A stretch of DNA of 64,000 bases from Phoronis australis. Lineage: Eukaryota; Animalia; Phoronida. Under the pieces are notes generated by a model. It did no database searches, was not told the DNA's origin, and worked only from the letters and a program-made list of their open reading frames with translations. Below are positions 61,526 through 64,000 of the stretch, piece after piece; within the stretch, counting starts at the first letter, position 1; the number at the start of each line of letters is the position of its first letter. A program made the position numbers and the translations under genes. The DNA lies in assembly GCA_002633005.1 (NCBI GenBank), contig NMRA01000039.1, forward strand, positions 51,541 through 115,540, given 5' to 3'.

Positions 61526-62809
61526 AATGGTGAATGTTGACTGAGACCTTTTTGTCCATCTGATGTCAGACGCATGCTGTCGCCCCCAGTGGAGGTCATG
61601 AGAATTTGTGAAACGAGTTAACCACTGATTTAGCTCAGCAATGGACGTTAAGTAGTATCAGACGAGTCACAGATGGATTTGTAACAAATAATGCTCTGTA
61701 TTGTGCAGTGCTCTAATTTTCAGAATTAAAGATGTCATTTTAATAAGAATAAGTTATTTTAAATAATAAGCTGTTATTTATAATATGCTATATAATGAAT
61801 TCTGAGGTTGCATTATAAATAATTTTGCTCACCTGTGTGCCTGAATCCCAGCGCTACTGCGAATGGCCACATTACTATACAACGGTTGAGTTTACGGTAG
61901 TGAAAAGACGTATGCTGTCTGTGAGTGAAATGTGGTCGAGCATTCGGTTATTTCATTTTTCTCTTCAATGTATAAAGCTAATCATAAACTAGTTTACGTT
62001 TACCACACAAAATGTTTTGGTTCAAAATTGACTCACATTTGCCAAAGTTTCTCCTAACAAAATCCATAAATAGATCCGATTAAAGAACAACACAGTCTTT
62101 GTCTGGCCAAAGATTTTATGGTATCTTTGGCCTGGCATACCAATGGTGTCATCACCCTGAGTCGAGATACCATGCAGATGTATAAACAAACTGGGCACTA
62201 TTACTCTAATTGACGTACCCTGTAGAGCCTGCAATATTCTGATTGGTATCCATTTCAATACAAAATGTCAATATCAGTCAAAGTATTACTTTACAGAATT
62301 TTTTAATGAATTATGAATCCCCAGATGTTAATATTCTCCCAAAACCCGTCTACAGCACTTTTCAGCAGGTTATTCTTGCCTTATTTTCTTATTCGAGAAC
62401 AACTGCTTTAATTAATTGGTGCCAAAAAGTTAGCACTTGGTGTAGTAAATACTGTTCATAGCCAGAACTATTAACAAAAGTTGCTTGAAAACTTTCCGTA
62501 GTGCTTCATGATAAAAAACACCACATTACAATTCCTATCTGGTGACTGATAACCATTAATATGGCATTTCAATTATCTAAACGAAGTTGATATTCATATC
62601 GTTCTTTTTGGACATCATATTTCTGCAAAAAAACAATGGCTTAACCTCCTTCATGTACAATACAAATCGGTTTGCTTGTCAGGCTCCTTTGCCACTACTG
62701 AGGCTTTCCACTAACTGGTGCACGAACTCCGTTCAATGACCTCCACTAGGGGCGCCATCATGCGTGTGACGTCAGATGGACAAAAGGGTCTTGGTCAACA
62801 TTCACCATT
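61526..62809. mobile_element. Unclassified TIR element (~75-bp TIRs)
   Basis: aatggtgaatgttgactgagacctttttgtccatctgatgtca...cagtggaggtcat pairs with atgacctccact...cagatggacaaaagggtcttggtcaacattcaccatt. Confidence 0.75.
61833..61872 (-). CDS. Candidate first coding exon of the astacin gene (weak)
   Basis: ATG-initiated MWPFAVALGFRHT plus G|gtgag, phase 1, compatible with the 54768 exon. It is hydrophobic but short and lies inside a TIR element. Confidence 0.25.
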
Positions 62810-62958
62810 TTGAATTCTGTGTGAGGCCTTGGGTACTCAAGGAAGCTTTATGGAGTCCAGTATGACGTGGCACGTACCCAAGTTGGTATCACCTCATTGG
62901 CTCCGTAATTAAGCCACTTACGCAGATCCATATCATCGACGGGTTTACTAAGATCACT

Positions 62959-63260
62959 GTCAGAGTATGGTCTGACAGTATTTTTAGTTGTATTGGTTTG
63001 TTATTCTGTTTGATTGGCATGACCCCTGAGTTAAGTACAGTGATGACGTAATTTGTTGTTGTCAGCATATGGTCTGACAGTATTTTTAGTTGTATTGTTT
63101 TGTTATTCTGTTTGATTGGCATGACCCCTGAGTTAAGTACAGTGATGATGTAATTTGTTTACTACAAAATAGTGTGGAACTTTCTAGAAGACTGAGGTCA
63201 GAACAGTGATGATGTAATTTGTTTACTGCAGTATAGTGTGGAACTTTCTAGAAGACTCTA
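62959..63260. repeat. Tandem duplications (~100 bp x2, then ~65 bp x2)
   Basis: tatggtctgacagtatttttagttg...tacagtgatga occurs twice, and acagtgatgatgtaatttgtttact...ctttctagaagact occurs twice. Confidence 0.85.
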
Positions 63261-63780
63261 GCATGACAGCGATCCAGTCTGGAATATTCTAGAGACTAGT
63301 ACATGTATATGTTTGTAGAATGATTGGGTAGATTCAGGAAAGTTCTAGAATGTGCTTGAATTGATGTAAAGATCCAGAACAATGCATTAGGCTATAAATA
63401 CACTAGCACGGGTTTGTGTTAATGAGATTAAGTCAGTGAGATCAAGTCAGTTTGTCAGTCGATTGACGGTGGGTTTGTTTAAAAGGTAGCTATGCTTTGA
63501 GATTGTGCGTAGATGGAGAGTGAATAATCAAATCCAGTAATTAATTTATTATATGATAACCCCTAATTAGACAAATGAAACCTATTGTTGGCTGATGACG
63601 CAACACTTAAGGTAGTATCTTACTACCCACAATGCAAGTGACAAGCTCTTAGTTAACTTCCTGTTCGTTAACCCTTGCCCTTGCCAAGATCCTTTCTAGA
63701 ATCTTCCACGAGATGGCTCTGTCGTACAATTGCTTCTGTACACCGTAGCAAATCTTTATGCTTCAACTACTATAGCGCAT
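63260..63780 (-). mobile_element. Second copy (LTR plus adjacent internal fragment) of the Gypsy family at 39896-42163
   Basis: 63470-63575 is the reverse complement of the LTR core (tttgagattgtgcgtagatg, cagtaattaatttatta). 63648-63745 is the reverse complement of 41595-41690. Confidence 0.75.
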
Positions 63781-64000
63781 CTAATTATCTTGTTGATTTC
63801 AGCCCATAATATAACTATCTACTTATTTAGTGATTGGCTAATAAAAACCACATGATCATATCCACTCGTATTATTGGCTGTTGCAATTTGTTCTCAGAAT
63901 ATTCTAGAATTTCTAGAGTACTTTGACCTCAGAACCCAAAGTTGTAAACACCATCTAAAAATAGATTTTGACGTTAAAATACATGTCAACAAGTCTGACC

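Noticed and set aside
62022-62258. YTSAWYLD as a hexosaminidase-like fragment
   Set aside because: Only a short motif followed by stops, with no further similarity.

Overview
Repeat-rich, AT-rich eukaryotic DNA that looks like a marine invertebrate (GT-AG introns, frequent TACATGTA), with one 696-N assembly gap. It holds one host gene on the minus strand: an astacin-family (M12A) zinc metalloprotease with a ShKT domain. Six phase-compatible, stop-free exons (885 bp) are spread over 54768-32609. They encode the prodomain, a furin site RQRR|NA, the HEIGHAAGLYHEH zinc motif, the SVMHY Met-turn and a ShKT domain. A second, decayed ShKT exon sits at 21570-21706, and no secure signal-peptide exon was found. 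The rest is mostly decayed, nested transposons: three Sola3-like transposase relics, TTAA-flanked Kolobok-like elements, a THAP/Kolobok transposase relic, an Academ-like element inside a hairpin MITE, a Gypsy (SCAN-type gag) LTR relic, a Tx1/L1-like LINE, MITEs and tRNA-derived SINE heads. Several long inverted duplications are also present. All family assignments come from motif recognition by eye, not database searches.
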